Below, one piece after another: positions 21,132-34,433 of a stretch of 64,000 nucleotides of DNA (the first letter of the stretch is position 1; each line of letters begins with the position of its first letter). The stretch is from positions 185,149 through 249,148 of the forward strand of contig NW_027103772.1 of assembly GCF_902728285.1 (NCBI RefSeq), given 5' to 3'. The translations under genes and the position numbers were made by a program. Source of the stretch: Clytia hemisphaerica. Lineage: Eukaryota. The notes beneath the pieces were generated by a model that was given only the letters and a program-made list of their open reading frames with translations, made no database searches and was not told the DNA's origin.

Positions 21132-23059
21132 AATAGAGCAATGAAAAACACAAATTTTCTGAAAAAAAGGGATAATGATAGTTGAATACTATCCACTAAT
21201 GAATGATCCACGGCACTACGTAAAGCTAGAATCACTACGCATACTCTTTGCTTGCGAAAATGATTGAAAGATTTAAGTTTTTCAACCGTGCAGGAGCGAA
21301 TTGGGTCATGTGACGAATTGTATTTCTCGATATACAATTGAAAAGTATGGTCAAAGTGATGGATCAAATGGTTTATTAGTACCTTTTAAGACTTTGGGAC
21401 ACTGCGAGGAGCTTCTATTGTAAGTGAGATTTTCCTTTTTTTAAAACTATTTTTGATTGCATAAACATCGACCCCTCCCCCTTAAACCTTAAAAAAAAGG
21501 ATTGTCGACGACCCCTTAGATCAGACAAACAGTTGGGTGTTTTTAAGATAAAAACAGCAATCATATAAAATGCTGAATCAGCAAAATGTGTTGTCCTTAT
21601 AAGGGCAAATATATCAGAGGGGTTTGTAAATTGTAAAATTGAATCTTATTTTTTAAAGCTACTTTTTCAATTTTTCATTGCTCAATAACATGAAATGTTA
21701 TAAAATAATATGTATAACATTTTTTTATTTTTCTACTGATTTAACATTTCATGCATTATTGAAAAAATTCCAACAATAAACCTTTCCCGTAATTCAAACT
21801 TCTCAGAAATGGCCCGGGAAAATGTGCGCTCCACCGGTGTGTACGAAATTGTTTGGGAGGTAAACTGACGCGTTTTTGCCTGCAAGGGGTTAGGGAAAGT
21901 AGGTTTTCAACTTCTAACTTTTGATAGCGATCTTCTTTTGGCAAAAATATTTCAGGGTGGTATAATAGCAGGAATAGATTGAACATACTAAGATTTGAGG
22001 GGATTTTGATCTACAGAACTTGAGAAAAGCTCAAAAAACCAACTTTCCCTAAGGAAATGCCAGTTTTCAGATTGTGGCAGATTTCGTCGAGATCTCGGGG
22101 GCAGGACCTTTCCTTTTCAGAAGGGCAGGGGCAGAAAAAGTTGTATCAGTGCCCTCAGGGGCAGAAATGCTTCGTACCAGGGGTAAGTGCAAGATTCCAA
22201 GGCCAAGGGCAGCATCTACAAACCACCGCCAACGTCCCCTATCTTTTCTTTCGAACTGTTCCGAAAATGATTTTTACAAGATTACGGCAGCCGAAATTAA
22301 TAAGTTTATGCCCAATCGACTGTCCTTTTTAATAAACCGCGGCCTTTCGCCCTGAAAAATAACGCCCTCAACACTATTGAACATCTCAATCGCGGTACCA
22401 AAACAAAGCGCGAAAAATACCCCTAAAAAATTTTGTGCTTTTGAGCCTTCGGCGCACCGTACCATCTCAGGAGCTGAAAATTTTTTCTGTCTTTGGCGTC
22501 AACTTTTCAGGAGCAGGATTTCAAAAATCATCTCGGGGGCGGCTATGCCCCCTTCTGAAATAAAACTGGAGGAAATGCAGGAAAAACGGGTTTTTTTACC
22601 TCCAGAGACCAAATGGTGACAGGGCATCGAAATTATGCATGCGCATTAGTTTGGCGAATTACAGGAAAGGTGTATTGACAAATTGATGTTTGCAAAAGAA
22701 AGTACACTTTATAGTTTCAGCCAAGTTTCAGTAAGGAAAGTCAGGAAAATGGTAAAATACTTTCCGAGGTAGGCAAACTCTCCAAAACCCACGGTATAGC
22801 CTAAACTTTCTTGTGCCCCTCAATTGCTAATTAAATTTTGAACTTGGAACTAACTGGACTGTTATTCTATATACTTTCTAGCAGTCAAAATAAAATAAAC
22901 CCTCCTCTAACCCGACATGCCCATGCATGGTAACCCATGTGGTTAGCCTTGTTAGGCCTGCAGAAAGCCAAGAAGGCACGCAGCGGCCTTCCCTTTTTCA
23001 ACAGTTGTTTAGCACACACAATCTACTTTCTTGTTTTTTTCTCCTCTCCTCTCAGTCTA

Positions 23060-24830
23060 AAGATTTTCAGATCTCTCTCAGATTATAAAAATCTTTGAGA
23101 AAGTCTTCAGAAAACACATCAATGTCAAACACATGGACGAAAATAACTTTTTCAACCCAAATCAGCATGGCTTTAGAAGTGGAAGATCTTGTCTGAGTCA
23201 GCTCCTTGAACAACATGATCTTATATTAAACTTACTTGACAAAGAGACCAATGTAGATGTTGTTTACTTAGACTTTTCTAAAGCTTTCGATAAAGTGGAT
23301 CATTCAATTGTTCTGTCGAAATTCAAAAGGCTAGGAATAACTGGTAAAATCTATAACTGGATAGAGTCCTTTTTGAGAGACAGGCAACAAACTGTAGTGG
23401 TTAATGGTGTGAAATCAAACAACCAAGAAGTTATCTCAGGTGTACCACAAGGAAGTGTACTTGGACCCCTGATTTTCCTGATACTCATTGGAGACATAGA
23501 TGAGAATGTTATCCAATCTATCGTCAAGTCCTTTGCAGATGACACTCGCACAACCAAGTCAATAAAGAATGCTGAAGATATAAAAATATTGCAACAAGAC
23601 CTTCAGATTTTATATCAATGGACAATCGCAAACAATATGAAATTGAATGATGCAAAATTTGAATTGCTACGTTATGGCTCAAATACAGAAATCAAAAATG
23701 AATCTCACTATACCTCACCATCAGGAGATAAAATTGAAGGAAAGGAATATGTTAAAGACCTGGGAGTTCTTATGTCCAATGATTGTCTATTTAAACATCA
23801 AATTGAATCAATAATTGAAAAAGCCAAAAACATCATTTCTTGGATATTACGTACCTTCACTTCCCGCTCTACACATACCATGATCACTCTCTATAAATCA
23901 CTTGTGATCCCTATACTGGAATATTGCTCAGCGTTATGGAGCCCCAGTACTATTAGTCTTATTCAAAGACTTGAAGAGATCCAGAAATCATTCTTGAAAC
24001 AAATAAAAGGAACACACAATTATTGGGAAAGTCTAAAGAAGCTTAGAATATACTCACTTCAAAGAAGGAGAGAACGCTACAGGATCATATACCGGGTGAC
24101 CCACGAAAAAGTTCGGACGTTTCTCGACGTCTTGAAGCCAAACAAATGTCCCAAAGTGTTTGGAGTTTTACTATTTAGAAAGTAGATATCCTAACTTAAA
24201 ATTTGAGCTATCATTTTTTTAATTTGATCCACAAGTCCCCTAGTTATGAGCTTTTAAACTCAATATTCACTTTTCGGAAAGTGTAAAAAACACGTAAAAA
24301 AGGGGTATCAAATTAGGTATGTTTAGACATTTTTGATATACAGTTTTTGAGAAAATTCTTTGAAAGTGACAATTTTTATTAAAACTAGTCTTGTTTTAAA
24401 CAAAAATTACTTTCAAAGGTGGTTTTGATAATTGTTAATTTCATAAAACTTGTTAACTAAGTCAATTTGTAAGTAATTTTCTAATTGATTGCGAAAATTT
24501 AATACCTGTTTTTACGTGTTTTTCACACTTTCCAAAAAGTGAGTTTTGATTTTAAAAGCTCATAAGTAGAGAACTAGTTGGTCAAACTTAAAAAGTGATA
24601 GCTCAAATTTTAAGTTAGTATATCTACTTTCTAAATACCAAAACTCCAAGCACTTTGGGACATTTGTTCAGCCTCAAGACGTCGAGAAACGTCCGAACTT
24701 TTTCGTGGGTCACCCGGTACACCTGGAAAATATTGGAAAATCTTGTGCCAAATATCAATGATTGCTTCAAATCTAAAGACCATCAGTGTAGACCTAAAGC
24801 TCTAAACCAGCATCTAATAACATGAAAACC
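23060..24830 (+). mobile_element. 5'-truncated CR1/L2-like LINE ORF2 (RT domain). It is interrupted by a TA-flanked foldback element at 24096-24719.
   Basis: ORF 23133-24185 carries HGFRSGRSC, YLDFSKAFDKV, GVPQGSVLGPLIF and FADDT (RT motifs 1-5). After the insert is removed the frame continues as ...RIIY | TWKILENLVPNINDCFKSKDHQ...*. Confidence 0.75.
24096..24719. mobile_element. Foldback TIR element of about 625 bp with arms of roughly 215 and 240 bp at about 90% identity. TA TSD, TIR CCGGGTGACCCACGAAAAAGTTCGGACG.
   Basis: 24096-24300 is the reverse complement of 24480-24719. ta lies on both flanks (cata-TA-ccggg ... cccgg-TA-cacc). Confidence 0.6.
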
Positions 24831-25649
24831 AGAATATGATTCTTCAATGGGAATCAAAACTATAAAGTGCACTTACAAACATCAATTTGTCAGATCTAAC
24901 AAAATTAATAACCGCACTGTCATCATTGACAATAAAACCATAGTTTGCACCCCCCCTTTTTAATAGGGGGGGATGCCAACTTTTCGGAGGGCCTTTGTAG
25001 GGGGGGTACCGAGATCTGCCGAAAAAACTAGGGGGGATGGGAATGTAGGGGGGGATCAAATAAAAAAGGGGGGGTTTGGAAATTTTGGTCAATTTTCTAA
25101 TCAAATACAAGTAAGTTAGTTATATTCTGTCATTGTTGGCTCGTGACTATAATACTTCATACTCTTTCTTGTTGATAATTTTGCTGGTAGGTGGGAAAGC
25201 GAGTTTCCTTCGAAACGGATTTTCTGTAAAAAAAAAGGGGGGATAAGATTTCATTACAAAAGGGGGGGATGGGTATATAGGGGGGGGTGAAATAAACCTA
25301 GGGGGGTTCATACCCCTCTGCAAACTATGAAAACAAACAATATTCTGTCAAGAGCCTTGTAAACATTCCAACAACTTCCATCGAAATGATCTATCACAGC
25401 TCAGTCTACCATTTTAGTGCGGTCCGAGGAGGCGCGCACCGCGGGGATGAAAAACTTCAATCTGTCAATCATTTTCTCAAGCGAAGAGTACGCGAAGCGA
25501 TTCTAGCTTTACGATAGTGCCGCGGATCATCAATGGATAGTATTCAATTATCATTATCCCTTTATTTTCATTCCTAGAACTTTTGCAAAAAAAAGGAAAA
25601 ATAGAAAAGTTGTATTTTTTACTGCTCTATTCACATATAGACCCCTTTC

Positions 25650-26238
25650 AGGGGGGGGTCGGTAGTAAAATCTCAGACATAATGACGTTTACTACGGTGG
25701 TGGTGTGACGAAAAATCGAAAAAAAATTTTACTACCCAGGGTAGTTAAATACTAAAATGGGTGGTATCTATGTGTTAAATATTGAAAAAATTTTACTACC
25801 TGGGTAGTTAAAACTGGTAAAATTAGCAAAGTTTAGCTATTTTTGTAATTCTTTTAATTTTCTGGATGACTTTTCTGAAAAAATCTGAAAATTTTTATAA
25901 TTTGAAAAAATTTTCTGTTGGAAAGTTGTTTGCTGCAAACAAAAAATTCTCGAAATTTTTTGTCAATATAAAAAGACTTTAATTCTAAGGGAAAAACATT
26001 AATTTTTGCACTACGTGAAAAATGTGTCACAGAAATAATAATTTTTTAGCTTTTTTGCAAAATCAGTCCGAAAAGCAACCAAAAAATAGGTGGTCTCCAT
26101 GACAAATTGTCCCAAAAGCTTTTACTACCAGGGTAGTAAAATACCTCTTCCAAGAGTCTGGGTGGTGGTATGTAAAAATTCGTAAAAATCCTTTTACTAC
26201 TCATATATGTCTGAGATTTTACTACCGACCCCCCCCTG
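25650..26238. mobile_element. hAT-like MITE (CAGGGGGGGGTCGGTAGTAAAATC family) with roughly 8-bp TSD CCCCTTTC.
   Basis: cccctttc at 25642-25649 and 26239-26246. Termini agggggggtcggtagtaaaatctcagacata / tatgtctgagattttactaccgaccccccct. Confidence 0.65.
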
Positions 26239-26559
26239 CCCCTTTCATAATTTTTCAGCTTGTTTTGATTTTCTCGCTTAGTCTTCTTTTCTGTATGGTC
26301 TTTTTTAACAAAATCTGGAATAAAAGAGACAGAATTCGGAGGCAAAGTTGGAGGCATATTGCCTCTATCATCCAAATTTGTAATATATTTTATTTAGGCT
26401 AAACAAGGTAATCCAAAACATATGACATCACATGAAAGGGGTCTATTGAATTTGAAAGATCTTCTATGTGGCATTTTTTTGCAAACTTCAAAAAACTGAT
26501 TTTTGTCCCGCCTTTGCGGGGCTTTGGCTTAAGTGCTTGAGTGCAGCATAAGGGTACAA

Positions 26560-26890
26560 AGTCCAAATATGCGTTTCCCGTAATTTTTGTATGAAGAGTT
26601 AGGTCTATACTGACCATCCAAGATTAGGACGAATGTGTTTTAGCAAATACGCCGGTCCAAACAATTCAAAATTACGCGACAGTACCCTGACTATACAAGG
26701 AGCAAAACTTTTCAATGCAATGCCAAAGAGCATTAGAAACTTGAAAAATTTAACTGTTGACAAATTCAAAAATGCACTTGACAAACACTTGCAAAAAATT
26801 CCCGATGAACCCCAAATCCGTGGTTATACAGGGTGCAGGAGAGTTGACTCAAACTCAATTTTAGACATGAAATCTCTCTGCTGATCCATT
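26560..26890 (+). mobile_element. 3'-terminal fragment of a CR1/L2-like LINE ORF2.
   Basis: ORF 26633-26884 ...NLTVDKFKNALDKHLQKIPDEPQI matches the conserved C-terminal FK..LDKHL motif of CR1/L2 ORF2. Confidence 0.45.
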
Positions 26891-28565
26891 TCTTCCTTCA
26901 GGAATTATGGATTGAATGAAGATTGTGGTGTGGATCAAAAGATTCTTGCCAGAGCAGTACGCTCAAACACATCCAAAAGTATCCAAGTAAGTATAAGTAT
27001 AAAATAAAAAGACACCTGCAAATCATAATAAACATTTCGTAGTATACAGACATGCATGCTCTAGCTGTAATAGACTGATTTGCCAATTTCATGAGTGATG
27101 AAGGATCAGAAATATCATTCCTTTCTGTGCAGTGCTTTTGCGCCATTCACCATCTCTGATCTACGGTGTTTTGTTGCTTTCTCGTCGCGCCTAAAATTTT
27201 GGCGGCTAATTGTTACGCATGCCCAGAAAGGAAAATCTCAGACGGGGGTCGCTGAACATCAATTAAATCGACAATAGTATCTATAGATTCAAACTAAATA
27301 TATTTTCAATGCTGTTGAATAAATTTGCGAATAAAAATTTCTTAAAAAATTTCCTGCTGATTTTGGATACAACGTAGCATATTTTATTTCAGAGACCTTT
27401 GTTTTAGTTTTGCCCCCTGTCTTGAATAAAACCTCAATTTCGGCATTATTTTACGCAGACATTGTGTTTTGGCACTTCAAAAACACCGGGGGAATCAGGG
27501 AAGAAATTTTTTAGCTATATACATTGATTGCATTCTTGTATTGACAGTATTGAACTCAGTGTGTAGTTTCTTTTTCCTTTCTACTGTGATCCTTTTCAGA
27601 CGAGTTACAGAAGTTACGTAATAAATTAGCTCTCGCTCTTTCTGTTGTCTGTTGTTTAAAATTTGTGTTTAGATGTTTGGTCACTCGTTTGTTCTCGGGT
27701 TTGATTTAATCGCTGAAATCACAATCCCAGAGTCTGTTTGTGTTTTAGATTATTAAAAACTTCTAAAAATCATATCATTTTCTATATAAAACTTGAAGGG
27801 CTTGAAGAGGAATAAAATGGTTGGGTTCTGGATCAATTGAAAGGAATGAAGGAGGAGGGTGCTATTTTCGACCTTTGAACCTGTCCGAAGTTGTTATGAT
27901 TATGATATTTCGTAATAAATTATATAGGAAAAGCAGCGTGGTTTACGTTTTGGATGGCAGATTACAAGTTAATCTGAATATCTTATAACATACTTTCTTT
28001 GGATATAGTATATCAGAGATTTGCTCTTTCTAATCATAGAGTATATAAAATATATCTTTTGCTTCCTTCATACAAATAGCAGTTGAAATTCTCAAATTTT
28101 ATCATTTTTGTGGTGCTTCGTTTTATCTGTTTTTGCTGATGTTGGACTTTGATCTTTTTGGTTTATTTGCAAAGCAAAATCTTCAATCTTGTACAAAATA
28201 TAATTCTTATGTATCCCAGAACAAGTTTTCTTAGCTGTCAAAGAAGAAAAAGTTTTAAAAGCTCTATCTTAGTATTTTTTGGGCAGAAGGTGGGGGAGTG
28301 GGCACTCGATTCAAAAACGATCATACGTGTGACCCAAAATTTATCCCTTTGAAATCCTTACATGGTGCACTTTAGGAAGCTTAAGGACCACAGGTTGTAG
28401 GCAAATGGAGGGATGGAGGGTACGGATATGTAGGTCATTTACCTTGACTGCCCCCCTCCCTGGGCCTATGGTGCGCCAAAAGGGTTTTTTGATACCAACT
28501 TTTTTTCATTAACATTTAAGGTTGTGTTTATTTTATAATAAGCTGTGTGCAAAAATAAAGTTAAC

Positions 28566-29549
28566 GGTAAGTGTAAACCACAGGTCACAGGTTACAGGTT
28601 ACAGGTCACAGGTTACAGGTTAACAAAACACAGACTGGAAAACTGTAACGCACTCGTAACATACAATTCATAACATACAACTTATAACATACAACTTATA
28701 ACATAGTTCCTGAAAATATTATATGTAATGGAAATGTAATATCAAAATATGTTAATAATGTTATTTAGAAGACTTAAACGGCAAATCATCAACCCCAGAT
28801 ATTGACAACAAATGACACTTGAATTATGTAAATAATGATGTTATCTCAAAGTATGAGGTTTTGTACGCCAATTAACAATAAAATATTCTTCATGCATAAT
28901 AGGATGCTGACGCTGCAAGTGGATATAGATTGACAGGTTTTGAAAACAATAAATACTCCATGAGAGCTGTTTTAGAGAGATGAAAAAGGTGACGTCATTT
29001 TATCAAAAATACAAAGCAGGGGATAAAAATATTGAAACATTTATAAAATATAATCCCATTGACGCTATTTTCATCAATTCTTGTTATCATACCCAAGGTG
29101 ATGCAGGAGATAAAATGAGATATGACATAGTGATTGTGAAATAGCTATTTTCCTGTTAGGGGGCTGTTTAAAGCAAAGGTGAGATCGATATTCGAATATT
29201 TCTTTATTCTTTGTATATAACATACGTAACATGCGTATAGCATTGAAAAGATAATTTTTTTACATGTGTGATATAGAGGTAATATATAATACAAGTATTA
29301 CAGGTCCGTGTTATACACGGCATAAAACGCGAAATCACATGGTCAGCACGTGGGTAGATTTTTAGCTTTAAAATAGTTCTAGATCAATAAAATACCTTTG
29401 GAATTATATTTTTGACATTAACAACTGTTTTTCAAACATTTTCTTTGTGTTTTACAGTAATTGAAGCTGACCAACACTGACCTGTGACCTGTAACCTGTA
29501 ACCTGCGACCTGTAACCTGCAACCTGTAACCTGCGGTTTACACTTACCG
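28566..29549. mobile_element. Non-autonomous Mutator-like (MULE) DNA transposon, 984 bp, with perfect 9-bp TSD TAAAGTTAA and roughly 60-bp TIRs made of (CAGGTTA)n-like microsatellite.
   Basis: taaagttaa at 28557-28565 and 29550-29558. Left TIR cggtaagtgtaaaccacaggtcacaggttacagg... Right TIR ...cctgtaacctgcggtttacacttaccg. Confidence 0.75.
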
Positions 29550-32394
29550 TAAAGTTAATGGGTGATGTAGAATAAAACAAATTCCAATTCTTGATATCAT
29601 GATGTACCGTCAACTGCTCAAACTTGGGATATCTGACAAAACATGGGATGGCAATTTGGCCACCATTTCACGGAACCTCCAAAGTCATATGATTTTGACC
29701 AACCGTCCCAAGTAAGAGCGGTTGACGGTAATCTGTTGTGACACTTCAAATCAAAACATTTAGCTGCCATTATTGGCGGCAAAATATTTGCATTCCCCAA
29801 TGTTTTCCAAGCAAGGACCCCTGGAAAAATAAGAAAAGATTATTACAGAAGTACAAATACTCTGAATCAAAGAAAAAACTCTTTCAAATTGAAATTCTTT
29901 AATTATCTACAATAGATTTCCAAAAGAATTTAATTATAATATATTACATCACAAGTTATTAAGCTTTCTTTTTCGTAAACCCCTGGTTTCAACACAAAAT
30001 ACACGTTATTTTTTTTATTAGAACACCTAAAATTTGGCTGAGCCTGGATGTGCTTATTTTTTTTAGCAATTTTCAGCCTAAAATGTTCTTAAATGCGTTC
30101 TTAATTTTTCAGACTCCTCTAAATCAACAATATCGTGCAAAATAAAGAGCACTTAAAATTAGTAAAATTTGGACAATATTTGACTCTCGATTTTAGAAAA
30201 TCCATCGCTAAGTTCAGTTCACTGCTTGGAAAGAGGAAAAAATTTTAGTTTCTTGTCATTTTTTTCCAAACTGAGGCTGGGCATGTTCTTACAGTGTTCT
30301 TAAATTTTCGACGAATTCCAGCCTCAATGTTCTTATAAACTAGGTTCTAATAAAAAAAAAAAAACGTGTAGGTTAGCATGCCAATTTTTTTGCCATCAAT
30401 AATGGCAGCAAAGTTGTTGCGACAGTTGTTATGTTTGGGCGCAAAGATTGCATCATGAATAACATGAGTAAGCTCAATTTTTGTAATTTAACAGGCAGTA
30501 TAGACTTAAACTCGTATATCATCAAGATTACAGAGTACTGGCCGATTTTATGTTCGTTTTGAGTGGTTTCATTTTCGATTTCAAGCCAACATCTTAGCAA
30601 CAGGGTGCTCGCCCATAGTTACAGGGGTTTGTGCAAAAAACTAAACATAGAAAATTTTCCAAATCCCCCATTTCGATTAATGCAATGAAAAATGAAACTT
30701 TTCTATGTTTCACTTTTTTGCACCTATTCTTCAAAATGAAAATATTTAAGAGTTTAAGTTCTTCTATTAAAAATTCAATGATTTTTTACGGCACTTTGTT
30801 GACAATCTAACTCTCACATCAAATTCCCGCTTTCTTCAGTAAATTGAAGATGAGAAAAAACCTAAGCCACGGATCATGGATTGAAACAAATATATGAAGG
30901 GTAGGATTTTACAGCTGCCCGTTGTGCAAGGCACTGAAAGGCCACATGTGCCAAAAAGAAGGGCCGTTTGAAATGCAGCAACCTTGCATTGGTGGAAATT
31001 TAATAAACAGCTGCGAAGCAGCTGGGAAGCAATCAGTAGAAGAGACCACTTTCGTTTCTGTTGCAGATTTCTAATAAAAACTTCTCTCAGGGACTACTTG
31101 TCAATGTACATGTACACATGTGTTGTGTCAACTTGTCAGCATTGTATTGTTGTAAAGGAAAAGATAAAACAGGTAAGACTAGCCTAGTTTCTAATCGTGA
31201 TATAGGAGTTTAAGTTTAGACTGACAGGTATGCACTGAAACTAATTTAGAGACTCAGTCCTGCTAAATTGAGATGTCCATTTTGGGTGTGATAACACTTT
31301 TTGAAGCGAACACAAAACAAAAATAAGAAAATCCCGGAAACTTTTTGGTAGAAACCAAAAAACTGGGGAAACCTTATCTGCAAAAATAGAAAATGTGTGA
31401 GAAATCAAATTGATCATATACTTAAATCAGACTTTACTAGTGGAATTTCTCAAATTGCTAAAAGTTTCTGAAAATCTTATTTTGTTACCATATCTTACCA
31501 GTAAACCATACCAATCAACAAGACCAAAAGTTGGATTCAAAGAATCATTAAAAGGAAAACAGGGAAAATATTGGAGACCAGATTTGACTTTTTCTGATCA
31601 TTCCCTAAAAGAATGTCTTAGAATTCACAGAAAATCAACCTTCTAATAGACATGATGAATGAAAATTTGTTAACTTTCAAATTTACTACCCACAGAATGA
31701 ACAATGTTTAAGTGGACTGAAACCATATGATGCCTTTTAACAGGCGTACACATTTTACCCTCATTTTACCCTGAAGGAAATCGTTTGACCCCATAGGGGT
31801 TGGACGAAATGATGATTTTGATATTAGCTAGCATGTGGAATGTTAATACCTAATTATGTAATATGATTTGATATGAATTAAGAATTAAATGTCCGAAATC
31901 ATACTTTTATGAAATGGCTGTTATAAACATTACAAATAAAGTGTCCTGTTATGAGATTTGCAACTTATTAAAAGGGGAGCTCAGCTCACAACTGTTACTC
32001 TACGGAAAATAAAAAGTTTACAAACTGCTGTACAGTGTTCTGTAGTGTCAAAGAATTCTTTTTTTACAAGATTTAATTTATTTCATCTGAAACATATGTT
32101 TGGCCCCTCTTTAAAATATGAATTGTTTTCGACAAGGGGATCATTTTGAAGGAGTTATGTTTTAGGGCTGGTGTGATATTTGTGTTTTGCTTTCTTCAAA
32201 GAGAATTATTTAGTAGAATAGACAATTTACTATGTTTTGGTTTCTTTTTTAGTTGAAAAGTTCATGTTTACAGATAACAATTGTCTTTTCTTGAAAGATT
32301 AGAAAAATTTTCCTACTAGCCCATATTCTTCGTAGGGACAAGAAATTCAAGAGTCATGTTGTGAAATTTCCTGTATGTTCATGATAATGCACCA

Positions 32395-32475
32395 CTGGAG
32401 AGTCTTCTGAGAACTTTTAAAATTTCCCACCCAATACGTCACTTATAGAAAAAATGACGTATTGCTATTGGGTGG
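32395..32475. promoter_or_regulatory. Palindrome containing two inverted TGACGT (CRE-like half) sites about 270-340 bp upstream of the PGAM5 ATG. Candidate promoter element.
   Basis: cccacccaatacgtcactt...aaaaatgacgtattgctattgggtgg. Position relative to the gene only. Confidence 0.2.
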
Positions 32476-32740
32476 AACAAAAACAGAAAAGTTGCATAAT
32501 TTCGTGAAGTCATTTTAGTGGTGCATATCATGAATTGAGTTTCCTGTTCTTTTTATAATCAAATGGAAATCTTACATCAAAAGTAAGTTACTACTTACTA
32601 CCTTAATAAATTTGATTCCAATTACAAGATAATGATATGTAATCAGCTTATATCTCTTATTTAACGTTTTAGATAAAAAATCCATTATTACAGAGAACTT
32701 TAAGTCAGACATCTCTGCACTTTTTAGTAGCAGAAAAGGT

Positions 32741-33159
32741 ATGTCTCGGCTACGAACAACTGTATCCAAGCTATTAACCCTTGGTGGTTTAACTGTTGCT
32801 TCAGGAAGTACACTTGCATATTATCGATATTCACTTTTGGGAGAAAATGCTGAATGCAGGCCACATGCACCAAATGTAGAATTCAAAGATACAGACACAA
32901 TCGTTTCTGAACAGAAATCTCAAAAACCTTGGGATGATGATTGGGACCGTCGTAAACAAATCCGTAGTAAGAAACTTAAAGAAGACCCACCTATTGTTGT
33001 CCTTGATAAAGACGGTGACTTGAACACTATACCTGCAACACCACCAAAGCCTGTGGAACGAAAACCTACCGCTACTAGACACGTCATTTTAGTTCGCCAT
33101 GGTCAATATGAAATGGACCACACTGATAAAGAGAAGAAAATCTTAACTCAACTTGGAAG
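32741..33159 (+). CDS. PGAM5: PGAM5 (mitochondrial Ser/Thr protein phosphatase, PGAM family) exon 1. Holds the N-terminal TM anchor, the WDDDWDRR multimerisation motif and the start of the histidine phosphatase domain (RHVILVRHGQY).
   Basis: MSRLRTTVSKLLTLGGLTVASGS...KPWDDDWDRRKQ...ATRHVILVRHGQYE...ILTQLG. GT donor at 33160. Confidence 0.8.
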
Positions 33160-33294
33160 GTTTGTTTATTTGATTTTTGTAATTTAGTTATTTCCGTAGG
33201 CCTCGTTAGGGTATGTTAAAATCATCTGAAAGTATATTCGGGATGTAAGTTTTTACCAGTGCTGGAAATAAGGAAATTTCATGAATTCATCTTA

Positions 33295-33445
33295 AGATAA
33301 TACTGAGGTTAAGCATACCAGGATAATCACGACGACGGACGAAAAGTGTAATAGGCTAGTGAAAATACGAAATTTGATTGGTTGAAACTCACTAGCCTGT
33401 TAAATTTTCGTTCGTCGTCGTGATTATACCGATTTACTTAACCTC
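33295..33445. mobile_element. Small palindromic (foldback) MITE in PGAM5 intron 1.
   Basis: ggataatcacgacgacggacgaaaagtgtaataggctagtg... is mirrored by ...cactagcctgttaaattttcgttcgtcgtcgtgattata. Confidence 0.5.
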
Positions 33446-33712
33446 GCTAATATTCAAAGTAGATCAAAAATTGGTAGATTAATATTTACGAAAGAAACCT
33501 ATAAGACATTTAACCGGAGAAAGTGGAAAAGTAAGCTTCAGAATGACCGGTAGAAACTACGAAGTGACCGGGTAATTACTCGCCACCGGCCGTTATTTGC
33601 AGCACTGCTTTACAACTGTCCCCGACAGACCGGCTGATTGGGATTTCTACTAATTTAGACTTGTAACCATAACCTCCTTAAAAATAAGATTCATAAATTA
33701 TTTTATTTTCAG

Positions 33713-33923
33713 AGAGCAAGCGTCAGTCACAGGGGATCGTTTAAAAGCATTAAACATCAAGTTTTCACGAATGACTGTATCTACAATGGTGCGAGCACGT
33801 GAAACAGGAAGCATTATCAGTGAGAAGATACCCGACATTCCTCAAGAACATTGTTCTCTGTTACGCGAAGGGGCGCCTTATCCACCAGAACCAACCAGTA
33901 AAGCCTGGACACCAGATCGATCG
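33713..33923 (+). CDS. PGAM5: PGAM5 exon 2.
   Basis: AG acceptor at 33711-33712. REQASVTGDRLKALNIKFSRMTVSTMVRARETGSIISEKIPDIPQEHCSLLREGAPYPPEPTSKAWTPDRS aligns with human PGAM5 REQAELTG...LLREGAPIEPDPP. gtatgt donor. Confidence 0.8.
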
Positions 33924-34433
33924 GTATGTTTCATTGTTAAACACACATAGTTGTCCTTTTCTTTTTATAGTGTTCTTTCAAGTTAAATTTTTACATTAGC
34001 AGTCACACAAGTGTCTGTATTTAACCGAAAGAAATCAATAATGCAGTTAAATGTTCGTAGATATTCAGATAATTTAAAACTGTTGGTGTTGTTATTTTAT
34101 GACTAAATTAAAGGACCCTTTTGGACCTACCTGGAGGTCCTATAAATTAACCCATGTCCGTTCGTTCGTTCGTCCGTCTGTTACCAGCTTTTCTCGAGAT
34201 TGGCTCGTTAGTTTTCTCTGATTTTTGGCACAAAGGCGCAAAATAGTAATTTTCCGGTATTAAATCATCAAAAACAGGTGTGTGGAGTGGTCTTTCGAAA
34301 AGCATTGAGAGCAGTTGACAGTTGATTGAGAAACGGAACGTTGCCTAACCGTGACAACCGTAGATGTACAGGATAGGACCTTGACGGACTGATTTTCTTC
34401 TCGAAAAAATAACCTTAATCTACTGTTTTTCAG

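Noticed and set aside
22057-22619. G/Q-rich ORFs (…GQGQKKLYQCPQGQK…) in a locally GC-richer segment.
   Set aside because: The segment contains internally repeated and partly palindromic motifs (atctcgggggc.g...). There is no domain-like sequence and the ORFs overlap in different frames. It is more likely an unclassified repeat than a gene.
24094-24185. C-terminal 30 aa of the 350-aa RT ORF (…VTHEKVRTFLDVLKPNKCPKVFGVLLFRK).
   Set aside because: This stretch is encoded by the inserted foldback element, not by the LINE. The true ORF2 tail resumes after 24719.
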